Shown here in pieces: positions 8,445 through 18,161 of a stretch of 32,000 nucleotides of DNA. Each line of letters begins with the position of its first letter. Within the stretch, counting starts at the first letter, position 1. This stretch comes from Opitutales bacterium (GTDB lineage: Bacteria; Verrucomicrobiota; Verrucomicrobiia; Opitutales; UBA9783): the NCBI GenBank assembly GCA_046881885.1, contig JBKSMP010000024.1:30001-62000 (forward strand), given 5' to 3'. Under the pieces are notes generated by a model. The model searched no databases, was not told the DNA's origin, and saw nothing but the letters and a program-made list of their open reading frames with translations. The translations under genes and the position numbers were made by a program.

Positions 8445-10127
8445 TTAATGGGATTGACTGCCGACAGACTGCTTATTTAAATTACTCTGTTGTTGAGGAA
8501 AGGGTATTTGTTGTAAATAGGCAAACATATTATCAAATGTCAGCGGAATTTTTATTTCGACTGTAATACTATCTGGCTTTGATTGCGTTGTGTAAGTTAT
8601 TTCAAAAGATGAATTTGACTTGGAAATAAGTGGAACTCCTGCCTTGAAATAACCACTTTTTTGCAAAATTTGCCCTAAGTTTATAAAAATTTTTTGAACA
8701 AAAGGAAGCCTTTCATAAGTCCATTTATTTTTTTCTAAACGATGGATGAGTGCCTGCAAATCTTCCAAATTATCGGAGTAAAGAAAATGGTTTTTATAAA
8801 CACTAAAAACAAAAGGATAGTTTAAGCACATGTTTTCATTGTTAATTCCACAAGAAAGGCCATGTATGGTATAATTTTTATCTTTAACAATAGCTTTATC
8901 GAGCCGCAAATTTAATGTCCGCAAATGCTCACTCCCCACAAGTTTCTGCTGAATAGCACTCAAAAATTGTGTCTGCAGGGTTTGTTTTATAAATGTTTCT
9001 AAAAAGTTAACTAAAGCTTCATTTGCTTTTTTAGATACTTTAAGTTCTACTAAACCTACATTTTGTAGCAAAATAAGGTTCTTTTCGCGCTTTAAATTTT
9101 GATAACATTGATAATTTCCAGAAAAGTAATCGTTTGAAAATTCAAGAAGTTGTGTAAAAAGTGGATACAAACACTTTCCCCAAAGATACATTTGATAAGC
9201 GGTAGGATCGTTTTTCCAAAGACTTTCTTGAGTTTTAGCAGCAAAGCTTTCTAGGCAAGTTTTTAGCGCATTAAAAGCCTGAAAACCACAAATCTGAATG
9301 TCGTCTTCCGCTTCCATTTTTAAGAATTTATGCTGCTTTTTAGAACTTTCTAAAGCTCGAATTAAAGCCACCAATGGACTCGAAGGACTAGGATTTACTT
9401 TAATCTTACAAACAAAATCATTATTTTCTACATTTACTGAACAAGAAAGGCTATCGATAGCATCTTTGAGAAAAGTATTGTAAATCGCTTGAAGATAAGG
9501 CGGTAAGGTAGCGGTTAAAAAATCACAGGATGTTAACTTAGTCGTTAGGTTTAATAAATCTGTAGATGGTGTTACCTTTTTACTTAAATAAGGCGCCAAG
9601 GATGTTATGTCTTTGGCGATAAGTTTTAGTAAGTCTTTAGATCCATAAAGGTACCAAGTAGCTTGTGTACTGGCGTTTTGAAAGGGAATTAAAAGACCAT
9701 TTGTGCTCGTCGCACCAGCAAGACTTAAATTTCTTACAAGAGGACAATTTTTAGTCGCATGAAAAGCAAAAACTGGATTATACGTATTTTGATAGTAATG
9801 AAGCGCAAAAAAACAAGGTGTTTTCTCACTTAATCCCGGACACTGCATGCTTCCTAAAAAACTAACCGCTAACATGCTTAAAATAGAAGAAGATTGCGGA
9901 TAAATATTGTCTGAAACTTTTAAGGCTTGTGTAAGTAAATTTTGCAGTGAAGATGCACTTAAAACCGCAAAAGGTTCCCTATTGCTATACAGGTGAGCTG
10001 AAACCATTTTGGCAATTCCAGGATCGGACTTCACTGGCCTATCATCAATTGCACTCAGTTTAGATTCCCATGAAAGCCCCAAAATTAGCAAAAATACAAA
10101 CAATAACTCCTTTGGATATTTAAACAT
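8445..10127 (-). CDS. Hypothetical exported or membrane-anchored protein (560 aa)
   Basis: Long clean ORF ending 14 nt upstream of ftsA. N-terminus MFKYPKELLFVFLLILGLSWESKLSA is signal-peptide-like. AT-rich, with no motif I recognise. Confidence 0.6.
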   Translation of the reverse strand: MFKYPKELLFVFLLILGLSWESKLSAIDDRPVKSDPGIAKMVSAHLYSNREPFAVLSASSLQNLLTQALKVSDNIYPQSSSILSMLAVSFLGSMQCPGLSEKTPCFFALHYYQNTYNPVFAFHATKNCPLVRNLSLAGATSTNGLLIPFQNASTQATWYLYGSKDLLKLIAKDITSLAPYLSKKVTPSTDLLNLTTKLTSCDFLTATLPPYLQAIYNTFLKDAIDSLSCSVNVENNDFVCKIKVNPSPSSPLVALIRALESSKKQHKFLKMEAEDDIQICGFQAFNALKTCLESFAAKTQESLWKNDPTAYQMYLWGKCLYPLFTQLLEFSNDYFSGNYQCYQNLKREKNLILLQNVGLVELKVSKKANEALVNFLETFIKQTLQTQFLSAIQQKLVGSEHLRTLNLRLDKAIVKDKNYTIHGLSCGINNENMCLNYPFVFSVYKNHFLYSDNLEDLQALIHRLEKNKWTYERLPFVQKIFINLGQILQKSGYFKAGVPLISKSNSSFEITYTTQSKPDSITVEIKIPLTFDNMFAYLQQIPFPQQQSNLNKQSVGSQSH

Positions 10128-10269
10128 AAACTCTATATTATGTTAACCTTATTATCGCCAAAGTAAAGCAAGAAATGGATTGTAATACCTGCTCTTTAGT
10201 TGGGGCTTATAAAAAATGAGTAAAAAAGTTTGTCTTTTTATTAAAACCAATCCTTAATAGAATTCATAA

Positions 10270-10354
10270 GCTTGAGTGGTGAAATTGGTAGACACGCTAG
10301 ACTTAGGATCTAGTGCCGCAAGGCTTAAGGGTTCGAGTCCCTTCTCAAGCACCA
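10270..10354 (+). tRNA. tRNA-Leu (anticodon TAG), CCA encoded
   Basis: Acceptor stem GCTTGAG/CTCAAGC. Anticodon stem ctaga/tctag with loop cttagga. Long variable arm, T-arm GGTTCGAGTCC, and 3' ACCA. Confidence 0.9.
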
Positions 10355-10469
10355 ATTAGAGAGAATATTTTTAACGATTACAAAATTTTTAAATAACGAT
10401 TCCAGCAAAGCGCTTTATTAAAAAACATTAAATATTAAGCTTGCAAAGCGATCTTTTTTCTTACTAAAT

Positions 10470-11093
10470 ATGAAGCCTATGGGGTCTGATATTCAGTTTT
10501 TTATTGAGATGTATGCAAAATTATTCGCTGCAAGTTCACCTTTAGCAGCAGCAGCAATGTTTCTTGCGATAACATCTACTTACACCCCTAAACAACGTTG
10601 GCAAACTGCAGTACGTGCTATAAATGTATCGTTTGGAATTCTTTTATTGTGCGCATTTTTTGGAATCGGTTTGTTAGAAGTTATGGGGGTTAACATGGAC
10701 GCTTTCCGCATTGCGGGAGGTATTGTAATGAGTTTTATTGGAATGGATATGGTGCGCTCACCTACTACTACAGAAGATTCGGCTGCCGCTTCTACACCTC
10801 AGCAAGATATTACCGTAACTCCGTTAGCGTTTCCTATTATTTCTGGGCCAGGTGCGATTTCATCGCTTATGATTGGCAAAAGTGAAGCTTGTAACTCAGC
10901 ACAAACTTTGTATGCTTATTTAGGGCTTGTTGCCATTATGCTTACTTTCTACGGTTTGTTCTATATCGTATCTTTTAGTTCAAAGTGGTTGAAGCCGGCT
11001 TTGGTTCAAATTAGTGCAAAATTGTGTGGTTTAATTCTCTTAGCAATGGCCGCACAGTTTTTTGCCGCAGGTGTTTTAGGGTTTTTAAGATAG
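10470..11093 (+). CDS. MarC-family (UPF0056) integral membrane protein
   Basis: 207-aa multi-pass membrane protein. The FRIAGGIVMSFIGMDMV block and overall layout are typical of the MarC family. The start may be the second ATG at 10479. Confidence 0.75.
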   Translation: MKPMGSDIQFFIEMYAKLFAASSPLAAAAMFLAITSTYTPKQRWQTAVRAINVSFGILLLCAFFGIGLLEVMGVNMDAFRIAGGIVMSFIGMDMVRSPTTTEDSAAASTPQQDITVTPLAFPIISGPGAISSLMIGKSEACNSAQTLYAYLGLVAIMLTFYGLFYIVSFSSKWLKPALVQISAKLCGLILLAMAAQFFAAGVLGFLR

Positions 11094-11094
11094 C

Positions 11095-12429
11095 ATGTTT
11101 GGACACTCAAATAAGGCTTTACGAAAGTCCGTTGAACACACCTTGCATTGGGCTGAGAAGATTTATAATTATCGTAAAGATCTTCTTAGTCAGGCTCAAT
11201 GTCGTAATTTGCAACAAGCCAAAGTTGAGTTGTTAAGCTTGTACAAAAATTGGCCCAAGAAAGCTCCTGTACCCGCAAAACTTCAAGAGGTATTGAAACA
11301 GTTACAAGCGCAATTGCGTACTTGTGGAGGAAAGCTTTATCCAGTATCATTTTGGTGTGATAATGCGGAAGTTTTTTGGGTTGCAGCTTTTTTAGCAATT
11401 GGTATTCGTTCCTTTTTCTTTCAGCCCTTTCGTATTCCAACGTGTTCGATGTTTCCTTCATTTTCGGGCATGCAGACATGTCTACATGAAAATGTGAAAG
11501 AAAAGCCAAGCTGGTTTAGCAAGCCGTTTCGGTGGTTGATTAAAGGGGCAGAAAATTATTATTACCAAGCACCTTGTGATGGTTTAATAAAAATTCCGTT
11601 GTTCACGCGCCAGGAAATGTTACGGTATAATTCGCACATTCGTTATGAGGTTGAAACGGGGCGTGAGATCGGTAATTTGTGGCTCAAGCATTTTTTTCCA
11701 AAACCGTATAAAGTTTATTTACTTTGGATAGGAGACCAGCAAGTACGTATTCGTGTGCCTTTTGAATTTACGGATATGGAAGCGGTTTTACGGAAAAAGT
11801 TTTTCCCAAATTACAAAAGTTTTGATCAATTGCTTCGGTCCGAAAACGCCGATATTTCGTACCAAAGAGAGCAGGGATATTTTGTTAAAACATCTAATTA
11901 TGCGAAAAAAGGAGAATGTTTTTTGCATTTTGATATTTGTGCAGGTGATATGTTATTTGTGGATCGCTTAACCTATCATTTTCGGAGGCCGAATATTGGC
12001 GAAGCTATTGTTTTTAGAACAGGAAATATTCCTTTGTTAGATAAAGATCTTTACTATATTAAACGTCTTGTCGGTTGTTCAGGGGATTTAATTTCGATTG
12101 AAAGAGGAAAATTGCTCAGGAATCGGTGTCCTATGGATGACTGTTCAGCCTTTATTAACAACAATCTTCAAAAAGGTTTGTATCCAGGGTATCGTGCGCA
12201 AGGCTTTTTGGAAAAAGGTCGCGAATTTATTGTTAATTCAGGGTTTTTCTTTGCTTTAGGGGATAATTCTCCGTTTAGTTACGATAGTCGATTTTGGGGG
12301 GAAGTTCCTAAAAAAGATGTTATTGGTAAAGCAGCTTTTGTAATACATCCTTTTTCTTGGCGTTGGGGCTTTGCCGACAAAGACAAATCCAATGAGAAGG
12401 CCTCTCGTGAAGATTACGTTTTTCAATAA
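11095..12429 (+). CDS. lepB: Signal peptidase I with long N-terminal extension
   Basis: Box B IPTCSMFPSF (catalytic Ser), box D YIKRLVGCSGD (catalytic Lys) and box E GDNSPFSYDSRFWG. Confidence 0.85.
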   Translation: MFGHSNKALRKSVEHTLHWAEKIYNYRKDLLSQAQCRNLQQAKVELLSLYKNWPKKAPVPAKLQEVLKQLQAQLRTCGGKLYPVSFWCDNAEVFWVAAFLAIGIRSFFFQPFRIPTCSMFPSFSGMQTCLHENVKEKPSWFSKPFRWLIKGAENYYYQAPCDGLIKIPLFTRQEMLRYNSHIRYEVETGREIGNLWLKHFFPKPYKVYLLWIGDQQVRIRVPFEFTDMEAVLRKKFFPNYKSFDQLLRSENADISYQREQGYFVKTSNYAKKGECFLHFDICAGDMLFVDRLTYHFRRPNIGEAIVFRTGNIPLLDKDLYYIKRLVGCSGDLISIERGKLLRNRCPMDDCSAFINNNLQKGLYPGYRAQGFLEKGREFIVNSGFFFALGDNSPFSYDSRFWGEVPKKDVIGKAAFVIHPFSWRWGFADKDKSNEKASREDYVFQ

Positions 12430-12490
12430 AGGTTCTGAAAAGACTTTTGGGATATTTAATAATATTGAAAAATTTTTACCGTTAAAAGTA

Positions 12491-12519
12491 TTGAATTAAT
12501 TCCTTAAAAGTTGTATAGT
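12491..12519 (+). promoter_or_regulatory. Candidate sigma70-type promoter (TTGAAT-N17-TATAGT)
   Basis: TTGAAT at 12491-12496, an exact 17-nt spacer, then TATAGT at 12514-12519. The ATG at 12526 is 6 nt after the -10 element. Confidence 0.35.
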
Positions 12520-12525
12520 TTTTAT

Positions 12526-14013
12526 ATGAAAGAGGGATTGCCAAGATTGACTGCAGAAGAGGCTGCAGCTTTTATAAAACATGGAGATGCGGTAGCTTGT
12601 AGTGGATTTTCGGCTGCAGGTTCTCCTAAAGTTATTTTAGAAAGTCTTGCAAAGCGCGCCGAAGCTTTACATGCAGAAGGAAAAGAATTTCAAATAAAAT
12701 TATTTACGGGTGCTTCTTCAAGCGATCATGTGGATGGTGTTCTGAGTCGTGCAAAAGCGGTTTCGCATCGTTTTCCGTATCAATCGAGCAAAGACATGCG
12801 AACGGCAATTAATGCGGGTGAAGTCGCCTATGCGGATTTGCATTTATCGGGGTATCCGCAATTTATTAATTATGGATTTTTAGGGCCTATTGATGTGGCC
12901 TGTATTGAAGTTGCAGATTATACAGAAGATGGGGAATTGGTATTGACAGCTGCGGTTGGGGCCAGTCCAACGTTTTGTCGTAATGCCAAGCATATTTTGT
13001 TGGAACATAATACCTATCATCCCAAATCGATAGTCGGTATGCACGATCTTTACGAGCTTGAAAATCCGCCGCATCGCAAGCCTATTCCTTTGATACGTGT
13101 AGAGGATCGTATCGGTCGTACTACGCTTAAGGTCGATCCTAAAAAGATTATCGGTGTGGTCGAAACGTGTGCGGCTGATGGCGTTGCTGACTTTAAAGAA
13201 ATCAATGCTGTTCATGAAAAGATTGGGCAACATGTGGCGGAATTTTTTGTCCAAGAAATGGCGAAAGGACGCATACCAAAGACCTTCTTACCTGTACAAT
13301 CAGGTGTTGGGAATATTGCAAATGCGGTTTTAAAGACGATGGGATTGGAGAAAAGAATTCCGGCGTTTGAAGTCTATAGTGAAGTCGCACAAGATGCTGT
13401 TTTTGAGCTGATGGAAATGGATCGCGTTTCTTTCACAAGTGCCTGTTCTTTGACACTTACGGATGCTCGTATGCAGCAGGTTTACAATAATTGGGATTTT
13501 TACAAAAATCGTCTTGTGCTACGTCCCGAAGAGATTACGAATCATCCAGAAATTATTCGCCGATTGGGCCTTTTAACCTTAAATGCAGCCCTAGAAGTCG
13601 ATTGTTTCGGTAATGTTAATAGTACGCATGTGTTTGGAACCAATTTGATGAACGGTATTGGTGGTTCAGGAGATTTTGCTCGAAATGGTTATATTTCTAT
13701 CTTTACTTTGCCATCAACGGCTAAAAATGGTACGATTTCGAGCATTGTGCCGTTTTGTTCACACATAGATCATACGGAACATGATACGCAAATTATTATA
13801 ACTGAACAAGGTATTGCGGATTTACGTGGAAAATCGCCAGAAGAACGTGCTAAGTGCATTATAGAAAATTGTGTTCATCCGGATTATAAGCCTATTTTAC
13901 AGGCTTATTTGAAGCGAACAAAAAACAAGCATATTACACATGATCTGTCTTGTGCATTTGCGCTTTACGAAGCCTTTTCAAAAACAGGTGATATGCGTAA
14001 TTGTCAATTTTAG
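12526..14013 (+). CDS. Acetyl-CoA hydrolase/transferase family protein (succinyl-CoA:acetate CoA-transferase-like)
   Basis: About 495 aa. SEVAQD and NGIGGSGDFARN motifs typical of the family. The track's TTG start (12511) lies inside the candidate promoter, so ATG 12526 is preferred. Confidence 0.8.
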   Translation: MKEGLPRLTAEEAAAFIKHGDAVACSGFSAAGSPKVILESLAKRAEALHAEGKEFQIKLFTGASSSDHVDGVLSRAKAVSHRFPYQSSKDMRTAINAGEVAYADLHLSGYPQFINYGFLGPIDVACIEVADYTEDGELVLTAAVGASPTFCRNAKHILLEHNTYHPKSIVGMHDLYELENPPHRKPIPLIRVEDRIGRTTLKVDPKKIIGVVETCAADGVADFKEINAVHEKIGQHVAEFFVQEMAKGRIPKTFLPVQSGVGNIANAVLKTMGLEKRIPAFEVYSEVAQDAVFELMEMDRVSFTSACSLTLTDARMQQVYNNWDFYKNRLVLRPEEITNHPEIIRRLGLLTLNAALEVDCFGNVNSTHVFGTNLMNGIGGSGDFARNGYISIFTLPSTAKNGTISSIVPFCSHIDHTEHDTQIIITEQGIADLRGKSPEERAKCIIENCVHPDYKPILQAYLKRTKNKHITHDLSCAFALYEAFSKTGDMRNCQF

Positions 14014-14016
14014 TAA

Positions 14017-15315
14017 ATGGCTCATACGGTCTATATTGCTTTAGGATCTAATCTTGGCGATCGATTGCGGAACTTACGGTTGGCAGTAGATGCATTGTCG
14101 CATTTGCTGAAAGATGTACGAACTTCGATTGTTCTGAAAACAGAGGCCTTATTGTTGCCTGGATCACCTAAAGAATGGAATTTATCCTATTACAACATGA
14201 TTGTATGCGGGCAGACAGATTTATCGCCTCTTGCCTTATTGGAACAGCTGCAAGCAATTGAAGTCAAATTGGGGCGTGTGAAAGAACACCCTCAATGGGG
14301 TCCGCGAACGATCGATTTGGATATTTTGCTTTATGATGATTTAATACTCAATACAGAGATATTAAAAATTCCGCATGTAGAATTGAAAAATCGTGATTTT
14401 TTACTCCATTTAATGTCTTTAGTGTCGCCTGATTTAAAGTATCCTAAAAGCGATTTGTCATTTGAAGCCTTAGCTCGAGAAAAGTTAAAAGAAACCGGTA
14501 CAGGTTTTCATAAAACGTTTACTTTACATCCCCAATTGGTAGGTATTGTCAATGTAACCCCTGATTCTTTTTCAGATGGAGGTGATTATTTTAACCCCGA
14601 AGCAGCCGTGCAACACTGTTACGAGCTTATAGAAGCAGGTGCAAGCGTTTTAGATTTGGGAGCTCAATCCACACGTCCAGGAGCTCATTTATTAACGATA
14701 GAAGAGGAATGGCAGCGTTTAGAACCTGTTTTAGCTCAACTTGATTTTGAAAAAATCGCTATTAGTATTGATACCTATCAGGATGCAATCGTTGAGCGTT
14801 TATTGAAGCAATTTCCGATAGCCTGGATTAATGACGTTTCCGGGCGTTTACAAGCATCAACATTACGTTTGATTGCAGATTCAGGTTGTAAATTGTGTAC
14901 GATGCATGCGCTCCATGTGCCACCTGTTTCGGGTGAATATCTCGAAAATCCTTTACAAAGCCTAAAAGAGTGGTGTGAGCAGCAAATTGAACAGCTTACA
15001 CATTGTGGTTTTACGCTTAAGAACATTATCTTAGACCCTGGTATTGGTTTTGGCAAATCTCCTTATCAAACAGGGCTACTAATACAAAAGATGGATGATT
15101 TACGGCAATTGGGTTGTGAACTTCTCGTTGGGCATTCTCGAAAATCTTACCTTAATCTTTTAGGCGAACGAGAAGCTAAAGATCGTGACATTGAAACGCT
15201 TGCTATTTCCGCTTCTTTAAAAGATAAGGTTGATTATTTGCGTGTGCATAATGTAGCTTTGCATCAACGTTTTTTTACCACACAGCATTGGATTGAAAAT
15301 TGTCATGAAAGTTGA
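14017..15315 (+). CDS. folKP: Bifunctional HPPK / dihydropteroate synthase (FolK-FolP fusion)
   Basis: N-terminal half has HPPK motifs IALGSNLGDR and GPRTIDLDIL. C-terminal half has DHPS motifs GIVNVTPDSFSDGG, DPGIGFGK and GHSRKS. Confidence 0.9.
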   Translation: MAHTVYIALGSNLGDRLRNLRLAVDALSHLLKDVRTSIVLKTEALLLPGSPKEWNLSYYNMIVCGQTDLSPLALLEQLQAIEVKLGRVKEHPQWGPRTIDLDILLYDDLILNTEILKIPHVELKNRDFLLHLMSLVSPDLKYPKSDLSFEALAREKLKETGTGFHKTFTLHPQLVGIVNVTPDSFSDGGDYFNPEAAVQHCYELIEAGASVLDLGAQSTRPGAHLLTIEEEWQRLEPVLAQLDFEKIAISIDTYQDAIVERLLKQFPIAWINDVSGRLQASTLRLIADSGCKLCTMHALHVPPVSGEYLENPLQSLKEWCEQQIEQLTHCGFTLKNIILDPGIGFGKSPYQTGLLIQKMDDLRQLGCELLVGHSRKSYLNLLGEREAKDRDIETLAISASLKDKVDYLRVHNVALHQRFFTTQHWIENCHES

Positions 15316-16030
15316 AGCCATACGAACGGATCGTGTTGACCAAGCCCAAGATTTAAATGCCTTTGTGGATCGTTTTTTACCGCAGTTAGAGGAAAAGTCT
15401 ATTGTGGTCATTACCTCTAAAATCGTAAGCTTATGTGAAGGGCGTACGATTCCTAAAAAGGATGTAAAAAAGTACGATCTGATTGCTCAGGAAGCCGAAA
15501 AGATTATCCCTAATGAGGAAAGTAAGGATACCAGCATTGTTTTAACCTATACGCATGGCTTACTTATTCCTTCGGCAGGAATTGATGAGTCGAATGGACA
15601 AGATGCATTTATCCTGTACCCAAAAAATCCTTTTGATTCCGCCTTTGAGCTTTGGAAGTTTTTACGAAATAAATATAACTTGGAAAATTTAGGAGTTATT
15701 ATTTCAGATAGCCATACAACACCTTTACGTAAAGGTGTTACGGGAATTGCATTGGCTTGGTGGGGCTTTAATCCTCTAAAAAGCTACGTGGGTTCTCCGG
15801 ACCTTTTCGGTCATCCACTACGTGTAACTTATGTAAATGTAGCCGATGCTTTAGCCATTTCTGCGGTTTTTGCAATGGGCGAAGGAGCCGAATGTACTCC
15901 TATAGCGATTATTAACGAAGCTCCACACCTTGCCTTTAACGCACAATCCCATAATCGATCCGAAATCGCCATTGATCCCCAAGAAGACCTCTACAGAGCC
16001 TTTTTGAGGCCTTTGTTAGAAGGATCCTAA
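15293..16030 (+). CDS. CofE-like gamma-glutamyl ligase family protein (COG1478; FolC2-type candidate folylglutamate synthase)
   Basis: VVITSKIVSLCEGR, SAGIDESNG and ISDSHTTPLRKGVTGIALAWWG resemble F420-0:gamma-glutamyl ligase family blocks. Overlaps the folKP 3' end by 23 nt (11 nt if ATG 15305 is the start). Confidence 0.7.
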   Translation: MKIVMKVEAIRTDRVDQAQDLNAFVDRFLPQLEEKSIVVITSKIVSLCEGRTIPKKDVKKYDLIAQEAEKIIPNEESKDTSIVLTYTHGLLIPSAGIDESNGQDAFILYPKNPFDSAFELWKFLRNKYNLENLGVIISDSHTTPLRKGVTGIALAWWGFNPLKSYVGSPDLFGHPLRVTYVNVADALAISAVFAMGEGAECTPIAIINEAPHLAFNAQSHNRSEIAIDPQEDLYRAFLRPLLEGS

Positions 16031-16214
16031 TATATTTTAAATCTTGTTGGCGTTATATAAGTATAAACTATCTATTTTTGGTTTTGTTCAACAAAAACCA
16101 AGTCATAAACCTAAAAAATTTAAATGAATTATGTAGACTACCTTTTAGATGTAAAAAGAAACAACTCTTAAAATCTCAAAAACTAACAAAAATAATTACT
16201 GTTAATTCCCGACC

Positions 16215-16304
16215 TGGCGGAGAGAGAGGGATTCGAACCCTCGGTGGAGTTGCCCCCACACCTGATTTCGAGTCAGGCACATTCGTCCACTCTGTCATCT
16301 CTCC
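16215..16304 (-). tRNA. tRNA-Ser (anticodon CGA), CCA encoded
   Basis: Minus-strand sequence GGAGAGATGACAGAGTGG...CCTGACTCGAAATCAGG...long variable arm...GGTTCGAATCCCTCTCTCTCCGCCA. Anticodon loop is ctCGAaa. Confidence 0.9.
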
Positions 16305-16425
16305 AATAAAACTCATACAAAATCATTTTCGAAAAACCTTCAAGAAAAATGTGGCAAAAATGGATTTTTTGAAGTTTTTTATAATTATGCTTGCAGTGAT
16401 TTGCTAAGAGATTAGTTTGGTGGGT

Positions 16426-16998
16426 ATGGAATCGGAAAAGGATTTATCGCAAGAAGCAAAGGAGCAAAACATTGATGCTTCCTCTGAAGTTTCAGCCCAA
16501 GAGGAAGTTTCTCTTGAAACATTACAGCAGCAATTAGCTGCTATGGAAGCCTCATGCAAAGACTTTGAAGATAAATATATCCGAGCTTGTGCTTCCCTCG
16601 AAAACGTTCGAAAACGCTGCGAAAAAGACAAGGAAGAAATTCGTATCAATACGACGTTTTATACGTGTTTACCCATTCTTGAACTTTTTGATGGGTTTAA
16701 ATTGGGCCTAGCGAGTGCTGAATCTCAAAAAATTGATGAAAACGTATTAAAAGGCTTTCAGATGATTTTGCAGCAATTTAATGATTGCTTAAAAACGCTG
16801 AACATTACGCCTATTGATGCCGTTAATGTTGCATTTGATCCCAATGTCCATCATGCGGTTTCCAATTGTTTTCATGACACGATTCCAGAAGATCATGTTG
16901 TGCATATTGTGCGTACAGGATATCAATTAGGCGAACGACTTTTGCGTCCTGCTTCTGTCGTTGTATCTAAAGGTAAAGAGCCAGAAAAACAGCAGTAA
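16426..16998 (+). CDS. grpE: Nucleotide exchange factor GrpE
   Basis: Acidic or coiled-coil N-terminus, then a GrpE C-terminal beta domain (FDPNVHHAV...[26 protein letters not shown]). Directly upstream of dnaJ. ATG 16426 is preferred over the track's TTG 16417. Confidence 0.85.
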   Translation: MESEKDLSQEAKEQNIDASSEVSAQEEVSLETLQQQLAAMEASCKDFEDKYIRACASLENVRKRCEKDKEEIRINTTFYTCLPILELFDGFKLGLASAESQKIDENVLKGFQMILQQFNDCLKTLNITPIDAVNVAFDPNVHHAVSNCFHDTIPEDHVVHIVRTGYQLGERLLRPASVVVSKGKEPEKQQ

Positions 16999-17000
16999 TT

Positions 17001-18122
17001 ATGTCAAAAAAAGATTACTACGAACTTCTTGGTGTTTCTCGGTCTGCTTCTGCCGATGAAATAAAAAAGGCTTATCGTAAGCTTGCGGTTAAGTACCATC
17101 CTGACAAAAACCCTGGAGATAAGGAAGCAGAAGAAAAATTTAAGGAAATTTCTGAGGCTTACGAAGTACTCAAAGATGATAAAAAGAAGGCTATGTATGA
17201 TCAATATGGTCATGCGGCATTCCAAGGAGCAGGGGCTTCGAGTTCTTATCAAGGTGGCTTCCAAGATCCGTTTGATTTGTTTAGAGAAGTTTTTGGAGGT
17301 GGAAGAAGTGGCGGTATTTTTGACAGCTTTTTCGGAGGTGGTTCACATTCTTATGAAAAGCAGCGTGGATCCGATCTTCGTTACGATCTAGAAATTACGT
17401 TAGAAGAAGCGTTTTCAGGTGTTTCAAAGACGGTTGAGTATCGCAGAAATGTTGCTTGCTCGCATTGCAAAGGTTCGGGGGCTAAACCCGGTACGCAAGC
17501 TAAAACCTGTCCACATTGCCATGGACGTGGTCAAGTCGTTACCTCACAAGGATTTTTCAGCATGAGTCGAACCTGTCCACATTGTCATGGGTCTGGACAA
17601 ATGATTGAAAATCCATGTCCACATTGCCATGGGCAAGGCGTTGAAGCAGATCGCACGCAAGTTAAAGTTAAGATTCCTGCAGGTATTCATAATGGTTCTA
17701 AATTACGTTTTGCCAATCTAGGTGAAGCGGGTCCAGCAGGTCCAGGCGATCTCTATGTGGTTATTTTTATCCAAGAACATCCTGTTTTTCAAAGAGATGG
17801 GGATAATTTGCTTATTTATCAATCTTTGCCATTTACCTTGGCGGCTTTAGGTGGTGAAATTCAGATTTCAACCCTTCAAGGGGATGCCAATTTAAAGATT
17901 CCTGCAGGTACGCAACCCAATACAATTTTCAAAATGAAAAATTATGGAATGCCACAATTAAATCCGCGTGGTGTTTCACAAAAAAATGGTGATTTATTGG
18001 TTCACGTATCGATAGAAGTACCCAAGAAATTAACCAAAGAACAACGTGTGAAATTGGAAGCTTTTTCTGAAGCCTTAGGAGAAAATTCTGATGCGAAGAA
18101 AAATGTAAAAAAAAATTTGTAA
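17001..18122 (+). CDS. dnaJ: Chaperone DnaJ
   Basis: J domain with HPD (KYHPDKNP), a G/F-rich linker, and four CxxCxGxG zinc-finger repeats ([32 protein letters not shown]). Confidence 0.95.
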   Translation: MSKKDYYELLGVSRSASADEIKKAYRKLAVKYHPDKNPGDKEAEEKFKEISEAYEVLKDDKKKAMYDQYGHAAFQGAGASSSYQGGFQDPFDLFREVFGGGRSGGIFDSFFGGGSHSYEKQRGSDLRYDLEITLEEAFSGVSKTVEYRRNVACSHCKGSGAKPGTQAKTCPHCHGRGQVVTSQGFFSMSRTCPHCHGSGQMIENPCPHCHGQGVEADRTQVKVKIPAGIHNGSKLRFANLGEAGPAGPGDLYVVIFIQEHPVFQRDGDNLLIYQSLPFTLAALGGEIQISTLQGDANLKIPAGTQPNTIFKMKNYGMPQLNPRGVSQKNGDLLVHVSIEVPKKLTKEQRVKLEAFSEALGENSDAKKNVKKNL

Positions 18123-18161
18123 AATTTTCAGACTTTATAAAAAACTTATTCAGGTAATTAT

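Noticed and set aside
10270-10354. tRNA-Leu as an integration site for the effector islet
   Set aside because: The tRNA is about 10 kb from the islet with core genes in between. I saw no repeat of the tRNA 3' end near 20.1 or 23.5 kb, and no integrase.
10408-10417. 10-bp perfect palindrome aaagcgcttt, and a gcaaagcg direct repeat, downstream of tRNA-Leu
   Set aside because: It is short, cannot form a hairpin without a loop, and matches no operator consensus I know. Probably chance.
16078-16101. AT-rich hairpin ttggttttg / caaaaaccaa (one bulged A, 5-nt loop) between the CofE-like gene and tRNA-Ser
   Set aside because: No U-tract follows it on either strand, and the stem is mostly A-T. This is not enough to call a terminator.
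16078-16407. 109-aa plus-strand ORF
   Set aside because: It is read straight through the minus-strand tRNA-Ser (16215..16304) and AT-rich intergenic DNA. The translation is low-complexity.
16381-16415. Possible CIRCE heat-shock operator upstream of grpE (gatttgctaa resembles the GAGTGCTAA half-site)
   Set aside because: No matching TTAGCACTC left half at the required 9-nt spacing, so there is no inverted repeat.
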